From the NCBI GenBank assembly GCA_043823435.1, contig JBDRAV010000015.1:1-48612 (forward strand): DNA of 48,612 nt, in the 5' to 3' direction. Of this stretch, positions 29,623-39,944 are shown piece after piece (positions within the stretch are counted from its first letter, which is position 1; the number at the start of each line of letters is the position of its first letter). Source of the DNA: Candidatus Omnitrophota bacterium. GTDB taxonomy: Bacteria > Omnitrophota > Gorgyraeia > Gygaellales > Profunditerraquicolaceae. The position numbers and the translations under genes were made by a program. Under the pieces are notes generated by a model that searched no databases, was not told where the DNA came from, and saw only the letters and a program-made list of their open reading frames with translations.

Positions 29623-29660
29623 CTTGCTTGCTCCTTTCCTCAATAAGCCGGGGAACAATT

Positions 29661-31790
29661 TTATACAATAGCGTTCTCCTGGTCGGAATCTTTTAAGAAC
29701 AGTACAGAGGTGTTGATCTTCCCAAAGACACTCCTCATCCACGGCATATCGTATTCCTTGGCTATCCCGAAGATATTTATATCTGCCAAGGGGGCATCCG
29801 ATATCACATCGTTGAAAGAACCGATAACCGCAATGATCTCCGTCTCGCTTGTTAACCTCATTAATCTTTTAAGTCTACTAAGATATGCCTGCGCTTCCCG
29901 TTGTTCATTATTATCACCCACGACCTGAATAATACGCAACATAGCTTCCCAGTTCTTTTCCAGCTGCAGGCCGACCAGAATTGCTAAATGGATATTCGGG
30001 CTCCCCCTCCTGACCCACAGATTAATGGCCTGCTTCTGGCCGAGCCCTAATTTATGGTGCAGCATGAAGATGATGATGCCAAGACCCAATGCTTCGGCCT
30101 CTACGATGAAATTCTTGACCTTTGTGTCTTTATCCTGATTTGAGCCGATCTTCATAAATAAGGTATTCGGTGAAAGCGTTAGCCCCGTTAAGGTCTGGGC
30201 CACTGTTGTCGCACCTTCAAGAAAATCCGTGGAATCAACAACCGATGTAGAGACATAAACGCCATCCTCTCTTAACGGCGTGTTTAATAGCGTAAGCGCA
30301 TCCAGGGATTCTTTTTTTACGGCTACCCTATCTTTAAGGCGCCTGTCAACAATGGTAAACAAATCAACCCTTCCCCGGGGATAGACAATCGCTTTTATGA
30401 AATCTACTGTTCCCAACCAATCCTTTGGCTCTTCAACCGGGATGAGAAGGTTCGGCTTCCATATCTTCGGATGGTAAGGAAGCTGCGAGGCGACCCTGGT
30501 CGCCTGTTCGGCAAAAAATATAAATATCCCTTTACGGATATCCGGAAAATTATGCTGAGTGCGCCTGCGCACAAGCAGGATATAGATAAATATGGTTACG
30601 GTGATGGCGATAACGCTAAAAAGCTGATTAATCAGGAACATCGCATATACACAACCAATCCCGCCTATCAGGGAGACAATAATAGGTATCTTGAATGTAG
30701 GGCGAAAACTTACTATGCCGGTGATCTTCTCGATAAAAACGGTTATATTCAGCGTCCCGTAAGTAATCAGGAAGAACATGGTCAGAATACTCGCTATGGC
30801 GTTTAGCCTACCCAGAGCGATCGTAAGCAGAGAGATGAGTGCAGTCAAAAGGATTGCCGTAGTCGGTTCCCCCCTGCGGTTTACATATTCAAAAGAAGAA
30901 GAGAACGGGATTGTCCTGTGTTTGCCCAACGCCAAAAGCGTCCGTGGCGAAGCCACAAACATACTGAGCGCGGAAGAAAGGGTCGCGCCCATAATCCCCG
31001 CGATGACAATGGGACGCCAGCGCGCAAGGTTAATGACTATTGTGGTATTATTTACTAAATCCCTGGGACTGGCAGTATAGGCAAACCAGAAAGATAAGGC
31101 AATATATATGCAAAAGGTAACACCGATGGCAAGAAGCGTACCTATGGGAATATCGCGTTCGGGCTTTTTTAGTTCACCGGACATACTGACTCCGGTTAGG
31201 ATACCCGTTACCGCCGGGAAGAATATTGCGAAGACCCCCCAGAAACCGACCTCTCCTATGCCATGCAGAAAAGCAACCGGCTCTTGGGCCCTGGCATTGC
31301 CCAGAAATATCGACAAAAGAGAAAAAGCGATAATCCCCAAGATAATATACTGGATCCTGAAAGCCAGTTTTGCGCTAAGATACGAGATAACCAGAACGAT
31401 ACCCCATGTAATCAAGGAGACAAAAATAAAGTTGTACTGCGGAAAGACCGAAACCCAGCATTCGGTAAAACCGATGATATAAAAGGCGACTGAGATTGCC
31501 TGGGAAAGATATAAAGGAATGCCTATTGCACCCCCTACTTCAAGGCCCAGCGACCTTGAAATTATCGAATAGGCTCCTCCCGTACCTATCCTGATATTGG
31601 TAGTAATGCTCGCGATGGATAAGCCAGTGCACAGCGTAATCAGGTTGCTTATAATAACAATGGCCAGCACCCCGGCTAAGCCCACCTGGCCGACCGCCCA
31701 CCCCAGGCGCAAATACATCACGACCCCCAGGATACTTAAGACCGTGGGAATGAATACCCCGTCAAAGGTCCCGAATCTTTTAGTTTCCAT
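29661..31790 (-). CDS. Cation-chloride cotransporter-like (SLC12/APC) permease
   Basis: FGTFDGVFIPTVLSILGVVMYLR, GGAYSIISRSLG, FAIFFPAVTGI and WKPNLL motifs. Confidence 0.87.
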   Translation of the reverse strand: METKRFGTFDGVFIPTVLSILGVVMYLRLGWAVGQVGLAGVLAIVIISNLITLCTGLSIASITTNIRIGTGGAYSIISRSLGLEVGGAIGIPLYLSQAISVAFYIIGFTECWVSVFPQYNFIFVSLITWGIVLVISYLSAKLAFRIQYIILGIIAFSLLSIFLGNARAQEPVAFLHGIGEVGFWGVFAIFFPAVTGILTGVSMSGELKKPERDIPIGTLLAIGVTFCIYIALSFWFAYTASPRDLVNNTTIVINLARWRPIVIAGIMGATLSSALSMFVASPRTLLALGKHRTIPFSSSFEYVNRRGEPTTAILLTALISLLTIALGRLNAIASILTMFFLITYGTLNITVFIEKITGIVSFRPTFKIPIIVSLIGGIGCVYAMFLINQLFSVIAITVTIFIYILLVRRRTQHNFPDIRKGIFIFFAEQATRVASQLPYHPKIWKPNLLIPVEEPKDWLGTVDFIKAIVYPRGRVDLFTIVDRRLKDRVAVKKESLDALTLLNTPLREDGVYVSTSVVDSTDFLEGATTVAQTLTGLTLSPNTLFMKIGSNQDKDTKVKNFIVEAEALGLGIIIFMLHHKLGLGQKQAINLWVRRGSPNIHLAILVGLQLEKNWEAMLRIIQVVGDNNEQREAQAYLSRLKRLMRLTSETEIIAVIGSFNDVISDAPLADINIFGIAKEYDMPWMRSVFGKINTSVLFLKDSDQENAIV

Positions 31791-31907
31791 TGTTAACCCT
31801 TATTAGTCTGATAACCGCCTTTATTTTCTCTTCTCTATGATAGCATATATGCAAATCATGCCCACCGCAATAAATATCCTTTCCGGAATTCGCCTTTACG
31901 CTGGATC

Positions 31908-32897
31908 TCATTCAGCTATAACCCTGCTTGACTTGAGGAGGCTGTAAATATACCGGGATGATATTTTAAGCGCGAAGGCGTTCTTATGACTTTCGTCATA
32001 TTGATAATTTATGGCCACTACCTGCGGAGTCATCCCCAGCCGGTTGAATTCATCTATCAAATCTATAAATATTATATTCGGGGAATTAACACTTTTTACC
32101 AGCTCATGCAATGGCCAATAAGGATAACCTTCTTTAAAGTCTTTCACCATAATGCTGGATACGGGGAATATCACCACCACAAGCTTGGTGTTTTTAGCCG
32201 CGCAAATACCAGCCATCTCCAGCATCGCCTCTTTGACATGCAGAAAATACTTGGGGCGATGGTAATAATAATAATTATCCACCTCCGTATTTATATTAAG
32301 CCCCTTCCTTTCCCTTCTTATCATCGCCTTCTTTATGCGGTAGCTAAAATAACGCACCAGGGCGCTATGGCGCATAAAGAAGTTTTTATTGAAATAATAT
32401 TCCCCCGGCTCAGGGTCATTCAAGACATAATTTAATATAATCAGGTCGGGATCGTATTTCAGGCCTTTGTTTTTGAGCATCTCCAGCTCCTGAAGGATAT
32501 TATATCCTTCTACGCCGAAATTAAGGATCTCGTATTTAATTGAACCGGGGCTTTTGTTCAACATTTCCTCTAATTGTGCGGCTAAACTCTCATTTTGCCG
32601 AAGCATAAAAGAGAAAGTCTCGGAATCTCCGAGCATAATTATGCGGAATGTGCCTGCGGGCTTGGCTATGGAATATTCCTCTCCGCGGAATCCATCGGAG
32701 TTTATCGATATATTAGCGCTTTTGGCTCCCGGGACAAGTTCATAGCGCAGGTACGGGTCAAGGCTTCTTCTATAGATCGGCCTCTTTACCCATCCACTCA
32801 TCTCCCAGGAAAAGCGCAGTATGATTTCGGCAGAAAATAATACGATAAAAACAGCCGCTGCTGAAATAAGGATATTGCTTATTAGTCCATTTTTCAA
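31908..32897 (-). CDS. SGNH/GDSL hydrolase family membrane protein
   Basis: LGDSETF, NFGVEGY, YVLND and DESHKN motifs. Confidence 0.85.
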   Translation of the reverse strand: MKNGLISNILISAAAVFIVLFSAEIILRFSWEMSGWVKRPIYRRSLDPYLRYELVPGAKSANISINSDGFRGEEYSIAKPAGTFRIIMLGDSETFSFMLRQNESLAAQLEEMLNKSPGSIKYEILNFGVEGYNILQELEMLKNKGLKYDPDLIILNYVLNDPEPGEYYFNKNFFMRHSALVRYFSYRIKKAMIRRERKGLNINTEVDNYYYYHRPKYFLHVKEAMLEMAGICAAKNTKLVVVIFPVSSIMVKDFKEGYPYWPLHELVKSVNSPNIIFIDLIDEFNRLGMTPQVVAINYQYDESHKNAFALKISSRYIYSLLKSSRVIAE

Positions 32898-32906
32898 TTA
32901 AGCCAC

Positions 32907-34346
32907 CTAAGGCAATGTAACAGTTAAAAGCGTCTCTGGCGGGCTTACAATAAGCATCCTGTCTTTATACTTTAATGCGGTACGGCATCGTGCTTTCACG
33001 GATTGTTCAAGCCCCAAGAAGTCTTCTTCACTTATATAGCAAAGCCTTGTTTTAGTGTAAGGAGCGGACAATTCGTTCTCCAGAAGAACCCTATCCTTAA
33101 TATATCTGACGCGGGATAATTCTTGAGAATAAAACAAGATGGATGCCATATCCTGTTTATACGCGATAAACTCGTATTCGGGCAATTGTTCTAATACCTT
33201 ATCTATGGCCGGGGCCATCCGCACTATCTCGTCAAAGCGTTTACTACGGATATTCAGAGGGAGACAGAGCATAGCGATACCGGATATAATCAAAATGTAT
33301 TTTAACCCGGAGGCTACCCTAGCCTTAACCGGTTCTTTGATAATCCTGTCGCAGGCCAACCCTACCAGCAATGAAACAGCCGGATACATCGGGAGTATAA
33401 AATAGTGAATTTTCTGCCTGCCGAACGAGAAGGCCAGCGGAAAGATAAGCGCCCAGATGATCAAAAGATAAAATTCATAGTTTTTATTAGCGCGGGCCTC
33501 CCTAACCGCCAAGTATCCGCCGTAAACAGCAAGAGGCAGAAGATAAAAATATTTGTTTATTATCGCCTGCATATAATAATACCAGGGGACATTAAAGCCG
33601 GGGGAGTTCAAAAGATGCAGAAAGTTGCAGTTAAGCCATGGGATAAATAAGGTTCCTTTGTCAAACCAAACCCATAATAAAACCGGTCCGGCCGCGCATA
33701 ATAACCCCAGGATAAAAAGCGGGCGGAATAGCTCTTTTATCTTCCGGAGCATAAGTATATAAATAAAAACGATCACCAGGGGGGCAAGCCCCGAAACATC
33801 CTTGCTTAATATGGCAAAAGCGGTGAATAGACCGAATAAAAGATAAAACCTGCGGGAACGCCTCTGGGCAAGGATAAAGGCAAGAATTGCCAGGGTAATA
33901 AATAAACTGACCGGCAGATCCATCCGGCACTGCCGTGAAAGGCGCACGATATGATTGGTGATGAGAAAACTTATGCCCGCAAAAAACCCCGTCCATTGAT
34001 TCTTAAGCAATTTTCCGAAACAAAATATAACTCCTACCAACAGAAGCCCGCTCATCATAGAAAATAACTTCGCCGTAAATGTAGTTACTCCGATAAACTT
34101 GAAAAAGAGCGCGGTAACCCAGATGCATAACGGAAAATGATAATAAAATACCCCCTGGTAGACGGGGTCATAAAGCCCGAGCCACCTATTCGTACGCAAG
34201 ATCTCTTTCGCCACTGCAGCGTAGTTACAGGAGTCCACATCCAACCCTCCGGGGACCCAGGCATAAGCAAAAAACAATATTGCCCCCATCCATAAGAGTA
34301 TAAACAATAAATAGTACTGCTTTATTTTGGCTATCAATCTATCCAT
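32907..34346 (-). CDS. ArnT/PMT-like (GT83/GT39) membrane glycosyltransferase
   Basis: Multiple TMs; DSCNYA..AKEI, RMDLP, LSK and HYFILPMYP motifs. Confidence 0.8.
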   Translation of the reverse strand: MDRLIAKIKQYYLLFILLWMGAILFFAYAWVPGGLDVDSCNYAAVAKEILRTNRWLGLYDPVYQGVFYYHFPLCIWVTALFFKFIGVTTFTAKLFSMMSGLLLVGVIFCFGKLLKNQWTGFFAGISFLITNHIVRLSRQCRMDLPVSLFITLAILAFILAQRRSRRFYLLFGLFTAFAILSKDVSGLAPLVIVFIYILMLRKIKELFRPLFILGLLCAAGPVLLWVWFDKGTLFIPWLNCNFLHLLNSPGFNVPWYYYMQAIINKYFYLLPLAVYGGYLAVREARANKNYEFYLLIIWALIFPLAFSFGRQKIHYFILPMYPAVSLLVGLACDRIIKEPVKARVASGLKYILIISGIAMLCLPLNIRSKRFDEIVRMAPAIDKVLEQLPEYEFIAYKQDMASILFYSQELSRVRYIKDRVLLENELSAPYTKTRLCYISEEDFLGLEQSVKARCRTALKYKDRMLIVSPPETLLTVTLP

Positions 34347-34352
34347 TGGCCG

Positions 34353-34868
34353 CTATTTTGAAACTGGTTCTTCCGGGTTACGCTCCCCTTCCAGCTCCTT
34401 CTCTATATAGGAATTCAACTCGCCCTTTAATTTCTGTATACGCGCCCCATCTTTTGCGTCCCGTTCCTTTTGTATCTGTATGACCTTCTCCCTATACTCG
34501 GGGTTATGCTCGTATTTATAGTCTGAAATTGCTATGGAAGGAAGGCGAAATATCCCGCCTGTGAATTTTAAAAACATGGCCGCCCTGCCCCAGGTAGCGC
34601 CCTTAAAATTGTTCTCGATATAACCCATCTGCTTATAGTAATGCTCTACCGTACCTTTACGCTCTTTGAATCTTTCGCGGGCCAACCCTAGATTCGGCAC
34701 GCTGCTACCCTTACCTATAGTGTATTCCGGTATTGTATAACCGTCCCGTGAAACCACGTAACCTTTATTATAAGGCTCTTTACCGCGGTGAAATTTATAG
34801 TTCGCGCAACCCGACAAAAATAGCGCCAATAAAATTAACAGGATCGTCTTTTTCATGCTCTTCTCCAT
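34353..34868 (-). CDS. Hypothetical lipoprotein
   Basis: Lipobox LFLSGC; the start could be 34856. Confidence 0.7.
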   Translation of the reverse strand: MEKSMKKTILLILLALFLSGCANYKFHRGKEPYNKGYVVSRDGYTIPEYTIGKGSSVPNLGLARERFKERKGTVEHYYKQMGYIENNFKGATWGRAAMFLKFTGGIFRLPSIAISDYKYEHNPEYREKVIQIQKERDAKDGARIQKLKGELNSYIEKELEGERNPEEPVSK

Positions 34869-34878
34869 TTCTAATCGC

Positions 34879-35433
34879 TTACTTGATCAAAGCGAGGGTT
34901 TCGCTGCGCGTCTTCTCGTTCTCCTTAAATATCCCCCTTACCGCTGAAGTAACGGTCATTGCCCCGGGCCTTTTTATTCCACGCATGGACATACACATAT
35001 GTTCCGCTTCGATAACTACCATGCACCCTTGAGGTTTAAGTTTTGACATGATGATTTCGGCGATCTGAGTAGTCAATCTCTCCTGGACCTGAGGCCGCTT
35101 TGCCAGGATATCAACCACGCGTGCTAATTTACTTAAACCGGTCACACGTCCTCCCTTGGGTATATAGGCGATATGCGCCTTGCCCAGAAACGGGAGCAGA
35201 TGGTGCTCACAGACACTATACAGGGATATCCCTTTCAGCAGGATTATCTCTTCGTGCTTCTGGTCTAAGATAACCTCCAGCTCCTTACGGGGGTCCTCTT
35301 TCATACCCGAGAATATTTCTTCATACATTTCTGCGACGCGCTCCGGGGTATTTAAAAGGTCCTTCCTTCTAGGATCTTCCCCTATCGCTTCCAGTATATC
35401 CCTGACCGCCTTTTTAATCTTTTTCTTATCCAT
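34879..35433 (-). CDS. folE: GTP cyclohydrolase I
   Basis: [28 protein letters not shown] and HMCMSMRG motifs. Confidence 0.97.
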   Translation of the reverse strand: MDKKKIKKAVRDILEAIGEDPRRKDLLNTPERVAEMYEEIFSGMKEDPRKELEVILDQKHEEIILLKGISLYSVCEHHLLPFLGKAHIAYIPKGGRVTGLSKLARVVDILAKRPQVQERLTTQIAEIIMSKLKPQGCMVVIEAEHMCMSMRGIKRPGAMTVTSAVRGIFKENEKTRSETLALIK

Positions 35434-35510
35434 TAGGCCTCCGTATTCAATGAGTAGATAGCTTACGCCTCTTGTTTAAATTATAGCGGGATCCGTAAAT
35501 TATGCCCTAC

Positions 35511-36962
35511 TTATTTCCCTATGCAGAACTGAGAAAATATCTTATTTAACAGATCTTCCGAGAATCTCCTTCCCAAGATATCATCCAGATAGCCAAGCGC
35601 GTCTCTTAAATCCTGGGCAACAAATTCCTCCGATAATTTATTATCCAATGAATTAACTGCTTCGGCAATAAGTTTTTGCGCCTTTTTAACCGCTTCGATA
35701 TGCCGAAGGTTGCTGACTATTACCGGCTCGGCGGGATCGACCTCTCCCTGACAGAATAAATCTACGATCGCGCCCTCAAGCAGGTCTATGTTCTTATTCT
35801 TCTTGGCAGATATATTGATTACCCGCCTGAATCTTTTACGTATCTTATCATCTTCTATCTTCGGCTTTAAGTCCATTTTATTTATTACCGCCAGGGTCTC
35901 CTTCTTTTTTATTGTTCTTATGAGCACATCATCATCTCCGGTAAGCCTCCTACTGCCGTCAAAGAGCAGTATCACCAGGTCGGCTAAACCGATATACCTC
36001 TTTGAGCGCTGGACTGCCTTCTTTTCTACCAGATCCCGCGGCTCGATGATGCCTGCGGTATCGACAAACCTTACGGGTATACCTTTTATATCAATAACCT
36101 CTTCGATTGTATCCCGCGTTGTCCCGGCAAGCGGGGTAACGATAGAGCGTTCCTGTTTTAAGAGTGCGTTTAAAAGTGATGATTTACCCGCATTGGGCTT
36201 CCCGCAGATTACCGCATTTATACCTTCGCGGAATACCCTGCCCTGCCTCGAACCGTCAATGACGCCCTTTAGCTCACTGTTTATGGCACGCAATTTCTGC
36301 GCGGTCTTACCCGGGTCTACCCCTATGATATCTTCGTCAGGAAAATCAATATTTGCTTCTAACGCGGAAAGTATATCCAAGAGCGCCCTCCTTATCCTAC
36401 ATATCAGGGCGGATAAAGCTCCGTGCAGCTGCTGCGCGCTCATCTTTAAAGCAGAGTCTGTCTTGGCACGGATAATATCCAAAACAGCTTCTGCCTGGGC
36501 CAGATCAATCCTTCCGTTTAAGAACGCACGCCTGGTGAATTCTCCCGGCCCGGATAACCGGCAGCCGTTTTCTAAAATCAGCTCTAAAACTTCCCGCAAC
36601 GGCAGAATGCCTCCGTGGCAGTTTATCTCTACGATATCCTCTTTGGTATAAGATTTAGGCGCGCGCATCACGGTCAAGATAACCTCATCTATAATTTTAG
36701 TTCGTGAGTTCGTGAGTTCGTGAGTTCGTGAGTTTAATTTATCTAACTTTAGAACTTTAGAACTAGAGAACGGACGAACAATCCAGCCATAATGCGTAGT
36801 ATAGGTCTTATAGGTAGAGGGCGGTCTTTTATCGCGGGAAATAAATATCCTGTCCGCAATGGCTAAGGCCTCTTTCCCGCTTATGCGCACAATGCCAATA
36901 CCCGACTCTCCAACACCTGTAGCAATCGCCGCAATAGTATCATTAATATTATATCCGGGCAT
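35511..36962 (-). CDS. mnmE: tRNA modification GTPase MnmE
   Basis: DTIAAIAT, EINCHGG, GKPNAGKSS, GTTRD, DTAG and FCIGK motifs. Confidence 0.96.
   Translation of the reverse strand: MPGYNINDTIAAIATGVGESGIGIVRISGKEALAIADRIFISRDKRPPSTYKTYTTHYGWIVRPFSSSKVLKLDKLNSRTHELTNSRTKIIDEVILTVMRAPKSYTKEDIVEINCHGGILPLREVLELILENGCRLSGPGEFTRRAFLNGRIDLAQAEAVLDIIRAKTDSALKMSAQQLHGALSALICRIRRALLDILSALEANIDFPDEDIIGVDPGKTAQKLRAINSELKGVIDGSRQGRVFREGINAVICGKPNAGKSSLLNALLKQERSIVTPLAGTTRDTIEEVIDIKGIPVRFVDTAGIIEPRDLVEKKAVQRSKRYIGLADLVILLFDGSRRLTGDDDVLIRTIKKKETLAVINKMDLKPKIEDDKIRKRFRRVINISAKKNKNIDLLEGAIVDLFCQGEVDPAEPVIVSNLRHIEAVKKAQKLIAEAVNSLDNKLSEEFVAQDLRDALGYLDDILGRRFSEDLLNKIFSQFCIGK
36699..36771. repeat. Facing 8-bp tandem arrays inside mnmE
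   Basis: (AGTTCGTG)x4+AGTT, a 10-nt spacer, then AACTTTAG, AACTTTAG, AACTAGAG, AAC. Confidence 0.85.
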
Positions 36963-38314
36963 CTCTGAATTCACCCACCACAAATAATGATCCGCAAACC
37001 AGTATTAAATCTTCCTTTTTACCGATACGTAACGCAAGCCGCCTTGCCTCATCCACGCTATCAGTTATGTGAACTTCTTTTGCGTCAAAATATTTGGCTA
37101 AATCCGCGGGTTCGCTTGCGCGAGGATTTCCGGACTTGGTTAAAATAACTTTATCTGCCAGGTTATAAACTTCACTGCATATCCCGTTTATATCTTTATC
37201 TGCGCAAATACCTAAAACAAGGATCAGCTTCCTGTATTCAAAGATCTTCTTAACCGTCTCTTTTAATGCCCGCGCCGAAGCAACATTTTGTGCTCCGTCC
37301 AAAACAACCAAAGGATCAGTAGATATAACCTCACACCGCCCCGGCCAGAGAGTACTATAAAGGCCGCTTCTTATGGCATCGTGGCCTACATTTATATTAT
37401 GCAACCTCAGGGCCTCAACGATTCCCAAGGCCACCGCCGCATTTATTATCTGGTGGGTTCCCAGCAGCTTTATCTTCAAATCCGGGTACTCTGCATAAAC
37501 CCCCCTGATGTCGAACCCGTTCCCGTTTTCCCGATAGGTGATATCCCTGTTTATCTCATATAAGCTTGCGCCTGTTTCTTTGCATCTTTTTCTTATAACC
37601 TGCGCGGCTTCTTCTTCCTGCGGCGCGCTGATTACGGTGATCCCTTTATTTTTTATTATCCCCGCCTTCTCAAAGGCTATATCTTTTAAAGTCGGCCCCA
37701 GATACTGCGTATGTTCATAACTCACCGGCGTTATCCCAGCGACTAAATGGTTAAGCGCATTAGTAGCATCGAGTCTTCCTCCCATTCCGGTCTCTAAAAC
37801 CGCAAAATCAACATCATTTTCCTTAAAATAAATAAGGGCCAAAGAGGTATAAAATTCAAAAAAAGAGAGCGGGCCGTATTCCGAATATTTATTGTAATCC
37901 TCTGCAGCCGGCTTTAACCTTTCCACTAAAGATGCAAGCACGCCTTTAGGGATCATCCCTTCAAAATCATCCTGCACCTGGTGCCGACCTAATCGGGCAC
38001 CTGGTGCCCGATGGGTTTAGCAGACGGTACTGTAATATACGGATTCTTTCCCGGAAATCCGAAAGATGGGGAGAAGTGTATAGCCCGACCTTATATCCGG
38101 CCTCTCTTAATATATAAGCAACGAAGGCACAGGTTGAGCCCTTGCCTTTTGTGCCTGCAATATGCAGGTATTTTAAGCCCTCCTGGGGATTATCTATAGT
38201 GCCCAAGAAACCTTTAATCCGCTGTAATTTAAAAGACTTCCCGTAATGATAATCGGAGATCTTTTCGTAATCGGCTAAAGATTCTAGGTATTGGATTGTT
38301 TGCAGGTAGGTCAT
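36949..38314 (-). pseudogene. folC: Folylpolyglutamate/dihydrofolate synthase split into two frames (37967-38314 and 36949-37977)
   Basis: N part has HIAGTKGKGS and YTSPHL..FRERI; C part has ETGMGGRLDATN, EKAGII, WPGR and GSLFVVG. The frame break lies inside a palindromic insertion. Confidence 0.8.
37971..38012. repeat. Two GCACC-T-GGTGC palindromes at the folC break
   Basis: CCTGCACCTGGTGCCGA and the perfect ATCGGGCACC-T-GGTGCCCGAT. Confidence 0.75.
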
Positions 38315-38318
38315 AAAG

Positions 38319-38370
38319 GAGCGTACAATTTATCTCTCCCTTCGGGAAACATAAATTGTATGTGCGAATT
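38319..38370. repeat. Intergenic hairpin element E1 (CAATTTAT...ATAAATTG family)
   Basis: GAGCGTACAATTTAT-CTC-TCCC-TTCG-GGAA-AC-ATAAATTGTATGTGCGAATT. Confidence 0.7.
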
Positions 38371-38372
38371 TA

Positions 38373-39929
38373 TTAATGTTTGAAGTGTCTGATTCCCGCG
38401 AAGACCATCGCAATCTTATATTTATCGCAGGCCTTGATAATCTCTGCGTCGGATATCGAACCTCCAGGCTGGATTATGGCTTTTACCCCTGCCTTCGCTG
38501 CTTCTATAACGGCATCTGCTTTAGGAAAAAACGCATCGGAAGCCAGACAAGAATTTCTGCTTAATTTTCCTGCCTTCATCTTCGCTATCCTTACTGAATC
38601 TACTCTGGACATCTGACCTGCCCCTATACCTACGGTCTTTCTCCCGCGCGTTAAAACAATGGCATTGGATTTCGTATGCTTAGCCACTATCCATCCAAAG
38701 ATAAGGCTTTCCAGTTCCTTTTTGGTCGGTTTCTTTTTAGTGGCTACTTTAAGGCTGTTTAAATCCAACGTGGATAGATCCTTGTCCTGAAGTAAAAGTC
38801 CGCCGCTTACGCGTTTAAGCTCATGGTCAGCTATAGGCTCCAACTCATCCAGCTCCAATAAACGCAGGTTCTTCTTATCTTTAAAGAGATCCTCCGCGCC
38901 TTTATCGAATCCCGGGGCAATGACACACTCAAGGAACCCGCTTCTTGCGATAGCCCTGGCGGTTTTAAGGTCCATCCTTCTGTTCAACGCCACTATCCCT
39001 CCGAAAGCAGAAAGGGGATCGCATTTATGCGCATCCAGAAACGCCTTTTCAAGGTTACCGTCTTCTGCCGCGCCGCAGGGATTATTGTGTTTTGCAACTA
39101 CCGCCGCGGGTTTATGGAACTCCCGCACCAATTCATAAGTACTATTTAAGTCCAGGATATTGTTAAAAGAGAGCTCCTTACCTTGCAGCTGTTTCAGATT
39201 TATTAGACCCCTGGTTTTACCTTTTTCTTTATAGAATGCCGCTTTCTGGTGGGGATTCTCTCCATATCTTAGATCCTGTATTTTTTCAAAAGATAAATTC
39301 AGCTCATGCGATAACCCCTTAGATGAAGGTTGCCCCTTGAAATAACTGTTCAAATAATTATTGATGGTGTTGTCATAACGCCCCGTATGGGCAAAGACCT
39401 CTATGGCTAATTCCCGCATTAATTCTACGCTTAAGGCGCCATTATTTTTCTTCAATTCTTCGATAACACGGCCATAGTAAGAGGGGTCGCATATCACCGC
39501 TACGTCCCGGTGATTCTTGGCGGCAGAACGCAGCATTGACGGGCCGCCGATATCGATATTCTCAATCACCTCTTCTATGCTTACGCCGGGCTTCTGTGTT
39601 GTTTTTTCAAACGGGTAAAGGTTCACCACCGCCATATCGATAAGCCCGATATCATGCTCTTTGAGGCTTTGCATATGCTGAGGGTTATCCCTTAAGGCGA
39701 GCAGGCCTGCGTGTATCTTAGGGTGCAGGGTCTTGACTCTCCCGTCGAGCATCTCCGGAAAACCCGTATATTCAGAAACCTCCTTTACCTGTATGTTATT
39801 ATCGCGTAATAATTTTGCCGTTCCGCCCGTAGAAATGATCTCTACGCCTAATTTATTTAACTCCCTGGCAAATTCTAAAATCCCGCTCTTATCAGAAACA
39901 CTGATTAATGCACGCTTAACTTTAACCAT
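38373..39929 (-). CDS. purH: Bifunctional AICAR formyltransferase/IMP cyclohydrolase
   Basis: ALISVSDK, GRVKTLHP, IDIGGP, LRYGENPHQ, SDAFFP and RHFKH motifs. Start MVKVKR. Confidence 0.97.
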   Translation of the reverse strand: MVKVKRALISVSDKSGILEFARELNKLGVEIISTGGTAKLLRDNNIQVKEVSEYTGFPEMLDGRVKTLHPKIHAGLLALRDNPQHMQSLKEHDIGLIDMAVVNLYPFEKTTQKPGVSIEEVIENIDIGGPSMLRSAAKNHRDVAVICDPSYYGRVIEELKKNNGALSVELMRELAIEVFAHTGRYDNTINNYLNSYFKGQPSSKGLSHELNLSFEKIQDLRYGENPHQKAAFYKEKGKTRGLINLKQLQGKELSFNNILDLNSTYELVREFHKPAAVVAKHNNPCGAAEDGNLEKAFLDAHKCDPLSAFGGIVALNRRMDLKTARAIARSGFLECVIAPGFDKGAEDLFKDKKNLRLLELDELEPIADHELKRVSGGLLLQDKDLSTLDLNSLKVATKKKPTKKELESLIFGWIVAKHTKSNAIVLTRGRKTVGIGAGQMSRVDSVRIAKMKAGKLSRNSCLASDAFFPKADAVIEAAKAGVKAIIQPGGSISDAEIIKACDKYKIAMVFAGIRHFKH

Positions 39930-39944
39930 TAATTTCTCCTTAAT

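Noticed and set aside
35788-36651. 287-aa plus-strand ORF (and similar ORFs at 12539-13225 and 42027-42632)
   Set aside because: Antisense shadows of mnmE, the RND permease and the EF-G-like gene.
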